64,000 nucleotides of DNA from Actinomycetota bacterium (GCA_039799865.1 JBDLRV010000046.1:9068-73067); one strand, 5' to 3'. Counted from the first letter of the stretch, positions 17,079 to 27,073 are shown. Notes: generated by a model not told the origin, from the sequence alone. Made by a program: numbers and translations.

Positions 17079-20000
17079 ACCGAGAAGTACTTGGCCTCAG
17101 GGTGATGGAAAACAAAAGCATCCGTTGACTGCTCTGGGTGTAGCTGAAGCTCTTCACTGAGCTCGATGCCCAGCCTCTCAGGCTTTAGCAGCTCAACAAC
17201 TTTCTTTCTGTCTTCCATTTCTGGGCAGGCGGGGTAACCAAGCGAGAATCGAGCACCGCGATATTCAAGTCCAAAAAAGCCTGCGAGATTCTCTGGGTCT
17301 TCGCTGCCAAAACCTAGCTCGTGTCTGATGCGGCTGTGCCAAAACTCAGCTAGGGCTTCGGTCAGCTGCATTGCAAGCCCGTGCAGCTCTAGATACTCGC
17401 GGTAGGAGTTTTCCTCAAAGAGTTTTTGTGTGAACTGATCTACTCGAGAACCAACCGTTACAAGCTGGACTGGAAGCACATCTATCACCCCGCTCTCTTT
17501 CGAGCGAATGAAGTCGGCTAGACATAGGTGACGATCTCTTCTCTGTCTTGGGAAGCTAAACCTCAGCCGTTCTTGCCCAATGTTTCCCGAAGCGCCATCT
17601 GGAGCAAGTAGGCCCTTTCTACCAAGCACACCAGTTGGATCATCCGCATGGTGAAGGACTACGACATCGTTGCCAGAGGAGTAGACGGGGAAGTAGCCGT
17701 AGGCAACCGAGGCATCGAAGATGCCCTCGGCCAGAATTTTGTCGAGCCAATACCTAAGCCTTGGCCGGCCTTCTTTCTCAACCAGCTCCTCATAACCGGG
17801 GCCATCGCCACGTGAGGGCTTTAGTCCCCACTGTCCCATGAACGTAGCGCGTTCATCCAAAAAACTTGCGTAGTCGGCTAGCTTTATGCCTCTCACCAAT
17901 CTGGTTCCCCAGAATGGCGGATTCGGAACTTTGTTATCGCTAGCTACGTCTGATCGGGTTGGCAGATCCGCTTCGTCTGTGAGGGTTAGCTGAGACTTGG
18001 CGTGGATTCTCTTCTTTAGTGGAGGAAGTCCCGCCTTATCTGGACTCTCACCTCTGGCAATTTTCACTAGGGGCTCCATCAGTGATAACCCTTCGAAAGC
18101 ATCCTTGGCATAGCGAACCACACCATCAAACTCGCCCGCAAGGTCGTCTTCAACGAAGGTTCTGGTCAGCGCAGCCCCGCCAAGAATTATCGGCCAGCGT
18201 TTGGCCAGTCCGCGAGTGGTTAGTTCTTGAAGATTCTCTTTCATGACCAGTGTGGATTTCACAAGCAGACCGCTCATGCCAATTACATCCGCGTTGTTTT
18301 CCTCTGCTGCCAAAATAATGTCGTTGATGGGCTGCTTGATTCCAATGTTCACGACTCTGTAGCCATTGTTTGTCAAAATGATGTCGACCAGGTTCTTACC
18401 AATGTCATGGACATCGCCTCTGACGGTTGCAAGGACCATCGTTCCCTTGCCACTTTCACTGGTCTTTTCCATGTGCGGCTCTAGTAGTGCAACTGCGGTT
18501 TTCATGACCTCGGCTGATTGAAGCACGAAGGGAAGCTGCATCTCACCTTTGCCAAACCTCTCACCGACGACCTTCATGCCCTCGAGGAGATGGTCATTAA
18601 TTATTGACAGAGCACTGAGGCCCTCTGACATGGCAAGTTCAAGATCTGCATCTAGCCCTTTGGCTTCTCCATCAATAATTCTTCGCTGCAACCTCTCAGT
18701 GACGCTCAAAGCGGCCAGTTCGGCTGCCCTAGCGTCCTTTAGCGATGCGGAATTGACTCCGGCAAACATTTCAAGCATTGCTGATAGCGGGTCGTAGGTG
18801 ATTGAGCCGTCTGCATCGTATTCACGTCTGTCATAAATCAGATCGAGAGCAACCTTTTTCTGGTTTTCATCAATTGAAGAAAGTGGAACTATCTTGGCCG
18901 CATCAATGATTGCGGTGTCAAGTCCTGCCTCGTAAGCCTCGTGAAGAAAGACAGAGTTGAGGACCGCTCTTGAAACAGGATTGAGTCCAAATGAAACATT
19001 GGAAACACCGAGTGTGGTGTGGACTCCTGGATACAGCCGGTTGACTTCGCGAATGGCTTCAATCGTTTCGATTGCATCGCGACGGGTTTCCTCTTGTCCA
19101 GTTGCAATCGGGAAGGTCAGACAGTCGACAATCACATCTTCGACTCTCAGGCCCCAATCTTTGGTGAGCGTATCAATCAGGCGCGAAGCAATTCTTACCT
19201 TGTCCTCTTTAGTTCTGGCCTGTCCCTGCTCGTCAATTGTGAGGGCGACAACAGCAGTACCGTGCTCTTTGACCAGTGGCATGGTCTTTTGAAAGCGGGA
19301 CTGAGGTCCGTCGCCATCTTCAAAATTGACCGAGTTAATAACTGGGCGTCCGCCGATGAGCTCTAGTCCTGCCTGCATTACGGGTGGCTCTGTTGAATCG
19401 ATCACCAGCGGCAGGGTGGAGGCAGAGGCAAATCTGGAGACAATCTCCTTTATATCTTTTACGCCATCACGTCCGACGTAGTCAACGCATACATCCAGCA
19501 GGTGAGCCCCATCACGCACCTGCTTCTTAGCGATCTCAACGCAGTCATCCCAGCGCTCTTCAAGCATGGCTTCGCGGAATGCCTTTGATCCATTGGCGTT
19601 GGTTCTCTCACCGATTGCAAGGTAGGTGTTCTGCTGCTTCAGTGGAACATGCTGATAGAGAGAGGCAACACCTGGCTCAATTGATTGTTTCCGATTGATT
19701 AGCTTCTTGCCGCCGACTCTTTCAACAACAGCTCTAAGGTGTTCTGGGGTGGTGCCGCAGCAGCCTCCAACCAGTGAAATACCAAATTCTTTGATGAATT
19801 GCTCGTGCGCTGTTGCAAGCTCATTTGGTGTTAGCGGGTAGTAGGCACCATCGCCTTGAAGAATCGGAAGACCGGCATTGGGCATGACCATTACTGGAAT
19901 CTTTGCCCGCTGACTGAGTTGGCGAAGGTGCTCGCTCATTTCAGCTGGTCCAGTTGCGCAGTTCAGACCAATCATGTCTATACCCAGTGGCTCGAGGGCT

Positions 20001-20668
20001 GTGAGCGCTGCGCCAATCTCGCTACCCATCAGCATGGTTCCGGTTGTTTCTACAGTTACCTCAACAAAGATCGGAAGTCGAACTCCCATTTCCACGATTG
20101 CGAGCTTGCAGCCATTAACAGCGGCTTTTGTCTGGAGAAGGTCCTGAGAGGTTTCAATCATGAAGGCATCTGCACCACCTTCAATTAGTCCTTTGGCCTG
20201 AAGTGCAAAGGTTTCTTTGAGGTAGGCGTAACTTACGTGTCCGAGGGAAGGAAGCTTTGTTCCTGGTCCCATCGAGCCCAACACCCAGCGCATTTTGCCG
20301 TCTTGCGCCTGAAACTTCTCAGCCGACTGTCTGGCCAGCTCAGCACCAGCTCTGGCCAATTCTTGGATGCGATCTTCAATGCCATAGTCGGAGAGATTCG
20401 ACCAGTTAGCACCAAAAGTATTGGTCTCTACGCAATCAATTCCGGTTTCAAAGTAGGCGTCATGAACGCCAACGACTATGTCAGGCCTTGTGACATTGAG
20501 AATCTCATTGCAGCCCTCGTGATTCTGAAAGTCCTCAAGCGATGGCTTTTGGGCCTGGAGCATGGTTCCCATCGCGCCGTCTGCAATCACCACGCGCTCA
20601 GCTAGAGCTGATAGCAGTGCCTCGGCACGGTCAGTTAGCTTGACCTGCTGGAATTGATGCAATTGCAA
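17075..20668 (-). CDS. metH: Cobalamin-dependent methionine synthase
   Basis: DGAMGT, GLNC, GGCCGT, IGERTNANGS, GDVHDIGKN (B12 ligand), RFSLGYPACP; start uncertain (TTG 20668 after GGAG). Confidence 0.96.
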   Translation of the reverse strand: MQLHQFQQVKLTDRAEALLSALAERVVIADGAMGTMLQAQKPSLEDFQNHEGCNEILNVTRPDIVVGVHDAYFETGIDCVETNTFGANWSNLSDYGIEDRIQELARAGAELARQSAEKFQAQDGKMRWVLGSMGPGTKLPSLGHVSYAYLKETFALQAKGLIEGGADAFMIETSQDLLQTKAAVNGCKLAIVEMGVRLPIFVEVTVETTGTMLMGSEIGAALTALEPLGIDMIGLNCATGPAEMSEHLRQLSQRAKIPVMVMPNAGLPILQGDGAYYPLTPNELATAHEQFIKEFGISLVGGCCGTTPEHLRAVVERVGGKKLINRKQSIEPGVASLYQHVPLKQQNTYLAIGERTNANGSKAFREAMLEERWDDCVEIAKKQVRDGAHLLDVCVDYVGRDGVKDIKEIVSRFASASTLPLVIDSTEPPVMQAGLELIGGRPVINSVNFEDGDGPQSRFQKTMPLVKEHGTAVVALTIDEQGQARTKEDKVRIASRLIDTLTKDWGLRVEDVIVDCLTFPIATGQEETRRDAIETIEAIREVNRLYPGVHTTLGVSNVSFGLNPVSRAVLNSVFLHEAYEAGLDTAIIDAAKIVPLSSIDENQKKVALDLIYDRREYDADGSITYDPLSAMLEMFAGVNSASLKDARAAELAALSVTERLQRRIIDGEAKGLDADLELAMSEGLSALSIINDHLLEGMKVVGERFGKGEMQLPFVLQSAEVMKTAVALLEPHMEKTSESGKGTMVLATVRGDVHDIGKNLVDIILTNNGYRVVNIGIKQPINDIILAAEENNADVIGMSGLLVKSTLVMKENLQELTTRGLAKRWPIILGGAALTRTFVEDDLAGEFDGVVRYAKDAFEGLSLMEPLVKIARGESPDKAGLPPLKKRIHAKSQLTLTDEADLPTRSDVASDNKVPNPPFWGTRLVRGIKLADYASFLDERATFMGQWGLKPSRGDGPGYEELVEKEGRPRLRYWLDKILAEGIFDASVAYGYFPVYSSGNDVVVLHHADDPTGVLGRKGLLAPDGASGNIGQERLRFSFPRQRRDRHLCLADFIRSKESGVIDVLPVQLVTVGSRVDQFTQKLFEENSYREYLELHGLAMQLTEALAEFWHSRIRHELGFGSEDPENLAGFFGLEYRGARFSLGYPACPEMEDRKKVVELLKPERLGIELSEELQLHPEQSTDAFVFHHPEAKYFSV

Positions 20669-20826
20669 AGCAGCTCCGATGATGGGGGGGTGCTCGCAGG
20701 CCTGCGAATACCAAAAGAATACCCTCTGGGTTGTAACAGTTCGCAATACTTCAGGGTTTGGCTACTTTGATGCCCATCGATAGGGCAAAATATGAGCGAC
20801 CCACCAAATCTTTCCCAGGAGAAAAC

Positions 20827-21693
20827 ATGTCTAAATTTGGAAAACTCGGTCGCGCTGCCCTGGCGGGTATTGCGGCTTCAACACTTGCAGTTTCATTGGC
20901 GGCGTGTGCCCCTGCTGAAACTGAGACCGCTGAGACCACTGAACCGGCAGAGACCAGTGAGCTTCAGACTCTTACCCCAGGCAAGCTAACTATCGGTACT
21001 GGACTTCCAGCCTATGAGCCATGGGTTGTTGGAGATGCACCTGAGTCCGGTGAAGGATTCGAAGCAGCAGTTGCTTACGCGATTGCCGCAGAGCTTGGCT
21101 TTGCACCTGAAGATGTCGTCTGGGTTCGCACAACCTTTGACGAGGCAATTCAGCCAGGCGCTAAGAACTTTGACTTTAACCTTCAGCAGTATTCAATTAC
21201 TGAAGAGAGAAAAGCAAACGTTGATTTCTCATCGCCTTACTACCTGACCACTCAGACAGTAATCACTGTTGCTGGATCTGCAGCTGAGGGAGTTACTGAC
21301 CTAGCAGGCCTGAAGGGTCTTCTAATTGGTGCCGCTACTGGAACCACATCTCTGGCAGCAATCGAGGACATCATTCAGCCAACCGCTGGTGCTCAGGCGT
21401 TCAACTCGAACGATGATGCCAAGGCTGCGCTAGCAAATGGTCAGGTCGATGCAATCGTTGTTGACCTGCCAACAGCTTTCTACCTCACAGCAGTTGAACT
21501 TGAGGGCGGAAAGATTCTCGGTCAGCTTGAAGGTGCTGAGTCAGGCGACAGCTTCGGTCTAGTACTAGACAAGGGCTCACCTTTGACTGCAGCGGTATCG
21601 GCTGCAATCGACCGACTGCGTGAGAGCGGAAAGCTAGCGGAGATCGAAGCCAAGTGGCTTGCTGATTACGCTGGCGCTCCTGTGCTTAAGTAG
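20827..21693 (+). CDS. Polar amino acid ABC transporter substrate-binding lipoprotein
   Basis: Lipobox LAAC; SITEERK..VDFSSPYY; AGGAG RBS before ATG 20827. Confidence 0.9.
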   Translation: MSKFGKLGRAALAGIAASTLAVSLAACAPAETETAETTEPAETSELQTLTPGKLTIGTGLPAYEPWVVGDAPESGEGFEAAVAYAIAAELGFAPEDVVWVRTTFDEAIQPGAKNFDFNLQQYSITEERKANVDFSSPYYLTTQTVITVAGSAAEGVTDLAGLKGLLIGAATGTTSLAAIEDIIQPTAGAQAFNSNDDAKAALANGQVDAIVVDLPTAFYLTAVELEGGKILGQLEGAESGDSFGLVLDKGSPLTAAVSAAIDRLRESGKLAEIEAKWLADYAGAPVLK

Positions 21694-21707
21694 CAGTTCT
21701 AAGACAC

Positions 21708-21740
21708 AATAGGTGGGGCGAGAAAATCGCCCCACCTATT
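21708..21740 (+). terminator. Intra-operonic stem-loop after the SBP gene (partial terminator or mRNA stabiliser)
   Basis: 14-bp perfect inverted repeat AATAGGTGGGGCGA / TCGCCCCACCTATT with 5-nt loop. Confidence 0.75.
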
Positions 21741-21759
21741 TCTCTAAGCAAGGTAGAGC

Positions 21760-22620
21760 ATGGCGTTAGAAGATAAGCAAGTTTCAGAGGCTGAGCTTGC
21801 GCGCCGTGGGTATAGGAAAACCAAGCAGCGAAGAAGTGTCTGGGTGGCATTTCTCAGCACGATTGTTTTTGCTCTAATCGTTTGGTTTGGGCTTATTGCA
21901 ACCCCAGGCTGGTCCAGGGTTGAGTCTTCGTTTTTCACCTGGGAAGTCGCAGTTCAGGCCTTTCCAAGAGTTTTTGACGGCCTTCTTCTAAACCTGCGAG
22001 TGCTGGTAGCTGCTTCGATTCTGGTTTTGGTTTTTGGATTACTGCTAGCAATCCTTCGAACACTGAAGTCACCCGTGTTCTTTCCCATCAGAGTTTTATC
22101 GAAGGGTTATGTAGATCTGTTCCGAGGATTACCACTAATCATCGTTTTGTATCTGGTGGGTTTCGGCATTCCTGGGTTGCGACTGGAATTTGTTGGTCGA
22201 ATCCCAGCTGAGGTGCTTGGAACAATTGCCCTAACGCTCACATACAGCGCGTATGTGTCAGAGGTCTTTAGAGCGGGAATTGAATCTATTCACCCTTCCC
22301 AAAGACTGGCTGCCAGATCGCTTGGCCTTAGTTACGGTCAATCGATGCGCCTGGTTGTTCTTCCGCAGGCGGTTAGAAGGGTAGTTCCTCCGCTGATGAA
22401 TGACTTTGTTGCTCTGCAAAAGGACGTTGGTCTGATCTCTGTCCTTGGGGCAATTGATGCTGTTCGGGGAGCGCAAATAGAAGTTGCCAAGTTTGCAAAC
22501 TTCACACCATATGTATTGGCGGGTCTTCTTTTCGTCCTCTTGGCAATTCCAACGATTCGGATTGCTGATGCTGTTGCCAAGCGTTATGCAGAGCGAGAGC
22601 AAAACGGGGTAACCCTGTGA
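21760..22620 (+). CDS. Amino acid ABC transporter permease
   Basis: FRGLP, AYVSEVFRAGI..Q..AARSLGL (EAA loop), LPQA. Confidence 0.92.
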   Translation: MALEDKQVSEAELARRGYRKTKQRRSVWVAFLSTIVFALIVWFGLIATPGWSRVESSFFTWEVAVQAFPRVFDGLLLNLRVLVAASILVLVFGLLLAILRTLKSPVFFPIRVLSKGYVDLFRGLPLIIVLYLVGFGIPGLRLEFVGRIPAEVLGTIALTLTYSAYVSEVFRAGIESIHPSQRLAARSLGLSYGQSMRLVVLPQAVRRVVPPLMNDFVALQKDVGLISVLGAIDAVRGAQIEVAKFANFTPYVLAGLLFVLLAIPTIRIADAVAKRYAEREQNGVTL

Positions 22621-23363
22621 TTGATTGGACAAAGCCTCGTCTGAGGGTCGTGGGCCTCAAAAAGCATTACGGTGATCGAGTCGTAATAGATGGAGTCAAT
22701 CTTGAGGTTTTTCCGGGCCAGATCGTTGCACTGATTGGCTCGTCAGGATCAGGTAAATCCACCTTGCTTAGATGTGTGAATCTGATCGAGGAACTAACTG
22801 ATGGTCAAATCTTCCTGGATGGCGAAGAAATATCTGCTCCGGGCCTTGATGAGGACAAGATCAGGGCCCAAATAGGACTGGTCTTTCAGTCATTCAATCT
22901 CTTTTCTCACCTAAGCATCAGGGAGAACATCACACTCGCACTTCGCCACGTTAAGAAACTTTCTGAGGCGGAGGCTTCTGAAATTGCTAACCGCTGGCTT
23001 GAGCGAATTGGTCTTGGAGATAGAGGGGACTCGTATCCTGACAAGATTTCTGGCGGCCAGCAGCAAAGAACTGCAATCGTTAGAGCAGTCTCCATGGATC
23101 CGAAGGTCTTACTGCTGGATGAAGTAACAAGTGCTTTAGATCCGGAACTGGTCGGGGGAGTGCTGGACTTGATTAGAGAACTCAAGCAGAACGGAACAAC
23201 CATCCTTATGGCCACCCATGAGCTCTCGTTCGCTCGCGAAGTAGCAGACTGGGTCATCTTCCTCGAGAAGGGCCAAATCTATGAGGAAAATGAAGCAAGT
23301 GAGTTCTTCAACAATCCCAAATTGCCCAGAACTAAAGAGTTTCTTGCCCGAATGGCTCTCTAG
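22617..23363 (+). CDS. Amino acid ABC transporter ATP-binding protein
   Basis: GSSGSGKST, VFQSFNLF, SGGQQQR, LLDEVTSALDPE. Confidence 0.93.
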   Translation: MIDWTKPRLRVVGLKKHYGDRVVIDGVNLEVFPGQIVALIGSSGSGKSTLLRCVNLIEELTDGQIFLDGEEISAPGLDEDKIRAQIGLVFQSFNLFSHLSIRENITLALRHVKKLSEAEASEIANRWLERIGLGDRGDSYPDKISGGQQQRTAIVRAVSMDPKVLLLDEVTSALDPELVGGVLDLIRELKQNGTTILMATHELSFAREVADWVIFLEKGQIYEENEASEFFNNPKLPRTKEFLARMAL

Positions 23364-23397
23364 AACATAATCAGAACTATTGAAGTAGCATCAGAGC

Positions 23398-25155
23398 ATG
23401 CCTACGGGGGTTCGTTCAAAGTTAGCCAAGCTCGCTTCAATCGCTGTTGCTAGCTCAATGGTCTTTGGCAGTATCACTCTTGTAACCTCTGCATCACAGG
23501 CTGCAGTTATTCCTAAACCAGGGGCCAGTTGCAGCAAACTTTGGCAGAAGATTACCTATCGTCAAATCACATACACGTGTGTCAGAGTCTCTGGAAAGCT
23601 CGTCTGGAATAAGGGCGTAAGGGTAGCGGCGGCTAAACCTGCACCTACACTTCCCGCCAAACCACAGCTCGCCCTCTATACCGGTGGTGCAGGCGCGGCA
23701 GATGGCGCTAACGACTTTCCTACTCCAGAGCTGAACTTCACTCCACAAGCCGAGACTGCAGGCACCAATCTTCGAATATTTCTTTATGATCCGAGAAACA
23801 CTGCCCGTGCGATTAATTCTCCAGGCCTATTTCTTAAGTCTGCTTCTTCCGATTGGAAGTTCTATTCAGCCAACTCTGATGGCAGCCTCTATCTTCAGTT
23901 AGCAGATGGCGAATACTCGATAGATACCGTTGAACCTTCAGGTCAGTCAGCGCAGTATTTGCGCAAGTTCTATTCGGTGACAATGTCTGGTGGCAAAGCT
24001 GATGTCGAAGGGGTGAAGGCAAATTCCAAGGGCTTTTTTGGAATGACCTTTGATGTTCCTGATTCAGACAATGAGTTCTCGCCTGCAAATCAGTGCCAGC
24101 TCAGAGGACAAGACGGAAACTTAGCGATGAACGTAGGTTTCCCTGCTCGTTCCGATCGCCTAGTTCGACAAGGGCAAATTAGAGCCATCATCATCCCAGT
24201 TGATTTTGCAGATGCACCTGGTTTCGGAACACCCGCAGAAACTTTCTACGACATGGCTGTTGGCACTGACAAGTTTTTCCGCCAAGTATCCGACAACCGA
24301 GTCACTTTCAATTTTCAAATACTCCCGAAGTATTTACGCATGCCATTTAGCCCCAGCCAATTTAAGCTGGGTAACTGGAGCCAGGGAGATGCCGAAGGCT
24401 ATTGGCGAGCAGCAATCAAGGCAGCTGATCCACACATTGATTATTCGAAGTTTGATGTGGTCTATGTTGTAAGCCCACCATCTATTGCCGCTAGCGCAAT
24501 TGCTTATGGACCTGCATTTCCAAAGAAATATTTGACAAACGATGGATTTGTTAAGAACGGCACCTTCTCTGGAGCGGATGCGTATCAAAACTTTTCTGGA
24601 GCAGGTTGGAAATGGATGGCTCACGAGACTGGGCACCTGTTTGGACTGCACGATCTCTACACCGTAGATCCCACTCCAGCCACATTCGGGTCATGGGAAA
24701 TCATGTCTCTGAACTGGACAAACCGCTCAATTGAATTGACCACCTGGAATCGGTTTATTTTGGACTGGCTGCGGACTGATCAGTATGACTGCCTTAGTTC
24801 GATTGAACTTACTGGAGCAACTAAATCAATCGATCTGGTTCCAGTTGGTTCTAGCTCCGCTGGAAAAAAGAGCGTGTTTATCAAGTTGAGTGATTCTTTG
24901 ATGCTGGTTGCTGAATATAGGGCAACCGCCGGTCTCGATGTCATTCCAACTAATGAGTCAGGGCTTCTGGTCTACACAGTTGATATGAAAATCGGGTCTA
25001 TTAGGGGAGGCTGGAAAGTCATTCGCCCCGCTAGATCAACTAGCCCGGCCTTTGAAGACGCAGCTCTGCATATCGGGGAGAGCGTGGAGGTGCAGGGAAT
25101 CAAGCTCACTGTGGTGAGCAAGTCTGCGTCTCAATTGCAGCTGCGCGTCAATTAG
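23398..25155 (+). CDS. Secreted M6-like (immune inhibitor A-type) zinc metalloprotease
   Basis: Signal peptide; IPVDF.D; AHETGHLFGLHDLY (HExxHxxGxxD); WEIMS Met-turn. Confidence 0.8.
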   Translation: MPTGVRSKLAKLASIAVASSMVFGSITLVTSASQAAVIPKPGASCSKLWQKITYRQITYTCVRVSGKLVWNKGVRVAAAKPAPTLPAKPQLALYTGGAGAADGANDFPTPELNFTPQAETAGTNLRIFLYDPRNTARAINSPGLFLKSASSDWKFYSANSDGSLYLQLADGEYSIDTVEPSGQSAQYLRKFYSVTMSGGKADVEGVKANSKGFFGMTFDVPDSDNEFSPANQCQLRGQDGNLAMNVGFPARSDRLVRQGQIRAIIIPVDFADAPGFGTPAETFYDMAVGTDKFFRQVSDNRVTFNFQILPKYLRMPFSPSQFKLGNWSQGDAEGYWRAAIKAADPHIDYSKFDVVYVVSPPSIAASAIAYGPAFPKKYLTNDGFVKNGTFSGADAYQNFSGAGWKWMAHETGHLFGLHDLYTVDPTPATFGSWEIMSLNWTNRSIELTTWNRFILDWLRTDQYDCLSSIELTGATKSIDLVPVGSSSAGKKSVFIKLSDSLMLVAEYRATAGLDVIPTNESGLLVYTVDMKIGSIRGGWKVIRPARSTSPAFEDAALHIGESVEVQGIKLTVVSKSASQLQLRVN

Positions 25156-25241
25156 ATTCATAGTTCAGCGAATTTCAAGACTTACCTGTAAATTCGCTCA
25201 GTCTTTCAAGCGACAAAATGCATGTTGGATAGTCTTGACCT

Positions 25242-25859
25242 GTGATTGAGTTTGCGGTCGATGTCATCAACCAAATTGGACTAATTGGCGCTGGTCTTCT
25301 AATTGCCATAGAGGTAGTTGTTCCCCCAATCCCCAGTGAGGCTATCTTGCTGCTCACAGGTTTTAATGTTTCACTCGAACGATTTGGTTTCGTTGAGGCT
25401 CTCATTGCCACAACTATCGGTTCACTGCTCGGAGCGACTCTTCTTTACTTTTTTGGCTTTATGTTTCCTGAAGACAAGATAGAAAAATTAATTGGCAAGT
25501 ATGGACACTATGTAGGACTACCGCTAAAAGACTTCAAGAAAACCATGGACTGGTTCAGGAAATATGGAAGCGCTTTAGTCTTGTTCGGCCGAATGATTCC
25601 AATAATCAGGAGCTTAGTTAGCATTCCGGCGGGACACGTAAGGATGCATCTTGGCAAGTTTTACTTCTACACCGCTATTGGTGCAGTGGCATGGAACTCA
25701 ATCTGGATCTCTATCGGGCTAAACCTGGGAGAGAATTGGCAAGTTGGGGAGCAGTTTGCGCAATATGTCGAATGGGTTGCCTATGTGATCCTTGCCGGGC
25801 TTGCGCTCTACCTAGCAATCAACGTCGTCAGATTCCTTGTCTCCCGCCTCAACCGCTGA
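25242..25859 (+). CDS. DedA family membrane protein
   Basis: PPIPSEAIL, GRMIPIIRSLVSIPAG. Confidence 0.92.
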   Translation: MIEFAVDVINQIGLIGAGLLIAIEVVVPPIPSEAILLLTGFNVSLERFGFVEALIATTIGSLLGATLLYFFGFMFPEDKIEKLIGKYGHYVGLPLKDFKKTMDWFRKYGSALVLFGRMIPIIRSLVSIPAGHVRMHLGKFYFYTAIGAVAWNSIWISIGLNLGENWQVGEQFAQYVEWVAYVILAGLALYLAINVVRFLVSRLNR

Positions 25860-25890
25860 CCTTGGGGATGCTGGGCCTGGAGCTCAGACA

Positions 25891-25906
25891 GTAACCAAAT
25901 TGCAAC
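25891..25906 (+). promoter_or_regulatory. Putative GlnR box upstream of the polyamine ABC operon
   Basis: GTAAC-N6-GCAAC matches the actinobacterial gTnAc-n6-GaAAc consensus. Confidence 0.45.
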
Positions 25907-26020
25907 ATTAGCCCTGGGCCAGCTTCGGATGGGGGCAATTGCTAGCCATTAGGCTTCATATAGGAGTACGACTAGTCGTTCTCGCACGAACATGTGCCAG
26001 GTATCAAAGGTGGCTAAAGC

Positions 26021-27073
26021 TTGGTAAAAGCGCAATCACAACCTCTAAGTAGCGGCGTTTCGCTCAGAGGACTTAGCAAAACTTTTGGCACAGTCAGTGC
26101 CGTCGTCGATGTCGATCTGGACATCGCTCAGGGCGAGTTTTTCTCCATGCTTGGACCCTCAGGCTCTGGAAAAACCACTGTTCTTCGAATGATTGCAGGC
26201 TTCGAGCCGGCCACGAGCGGGCAAATCTTCCTCGATGGCCAGGACGTGACCGATCTTGCACCCTTTGACAGAGAAGTAAATACCGTCTTTCAGGACTACG
26301 CACTTTTTCCTCACATGACCATTCAGGAAAATGTTGAGTTTGGCCTCAGGGCAAAAAAACTTAGTAAGACCGAAAGAACTAGCAAAGCTAACGAGGCTAT
26401 TGAACGGGTCAAGCTCTCCCATCTCTCCGATCGCCTTCCTCACCAGCTCTCTGGCGGGCAGCGTCAAAGAATTGCGCTAGCACGGGCTCTAGTACTTCGA
26501 CCAAAACTTCTTTTGCTTGATGAGCCCCTAGGTGCTTTAGATAAGCAGCTGAGAGAAGAGATGCAAGTTGAGCTCAAGGCTATTCAGCGCGAATCTCAAA
26601 TTACCTTTATCTTCGTCACTCACGACCAAGAAGAAGCTATGCGTATGAGTGACCGAATCGCCGTATTCAACGCTGGAAAAATTGAGCAAATTGGAACTCC
26701 AAGGGAAGTTTATGAAAGACCAGCGACTGCCTTTGTTTCTGGTTTTCTTGGCGGCTCCAATCTGCTTGGGCCTTCCGAAGCTGCCAAGCTCGTTGGCCAA
26801 AACCAACTTGTGAACATTCGTCCAGAGAAAATAAGAATTGCAAGTATTGGAAACTCTGTCGCCAATGATGAACAATCAGTTGAGGCAACAGTTGTCGAGA
26901 CAGCTTACCTAGGGGCTAACACACTCTACGTGTTGGAGGTAAGCGGAGGCATTCGCATGATTGCCACCAAGGTTAATGAAGAGTTACCCGGTCAGACCGA
27001 AGGGTTTGCCGTAGGTGATCGAGTGCTAGCGAAGTGGAAAAAAGACCACGTCATTGGCATTCCCGAAAAATGA
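26021..27073 (+). CDS. potA: Polyamine ABC transporter ATP-binding protein (PotA-like)
   Basis: GPSGSGKT, VNTVFQDYALFPHM, LSGGQRQR, LLLDEP, TOBE C-terminus. Confidence 0.88.
   Translation: MVKAQSQPLSSGVSLRGLSKTFGTVSAVVDVDLDIAQGEFFSMLGPSGSGKTTVLRMIAGFEPATSGQIFLDGQDVTDLAPFDREVNTVFQDYALFPHMTIQENVEFGLRAKKLSKTERTSKANEAIERVKLSHLSDRLPHQLSGGQRQRIALARALVLRPKLLLLDEPLGALDKQLREEMQVELKAIQRESQITFIFVTHDQEEAMRMSDRIAVFNAGKIEQIGTPREVYERPATAFVSGFLGGSNLLGPSEAAKLVGQNQLVNIRPEKIRIASIGNSVANDEQSVEATVVETAYLGANTLYVLEVSGGIRMIATKVNEELPGQTEGFAVGDRVLAKWKKDHVIGIPEK

Noticed and set aside
20911-20962. Short imperfect GCTGAGACC-like repeats
   Set aside because: They encode the AET-rich flexible linker of a lipoprotein; not a repeat element.
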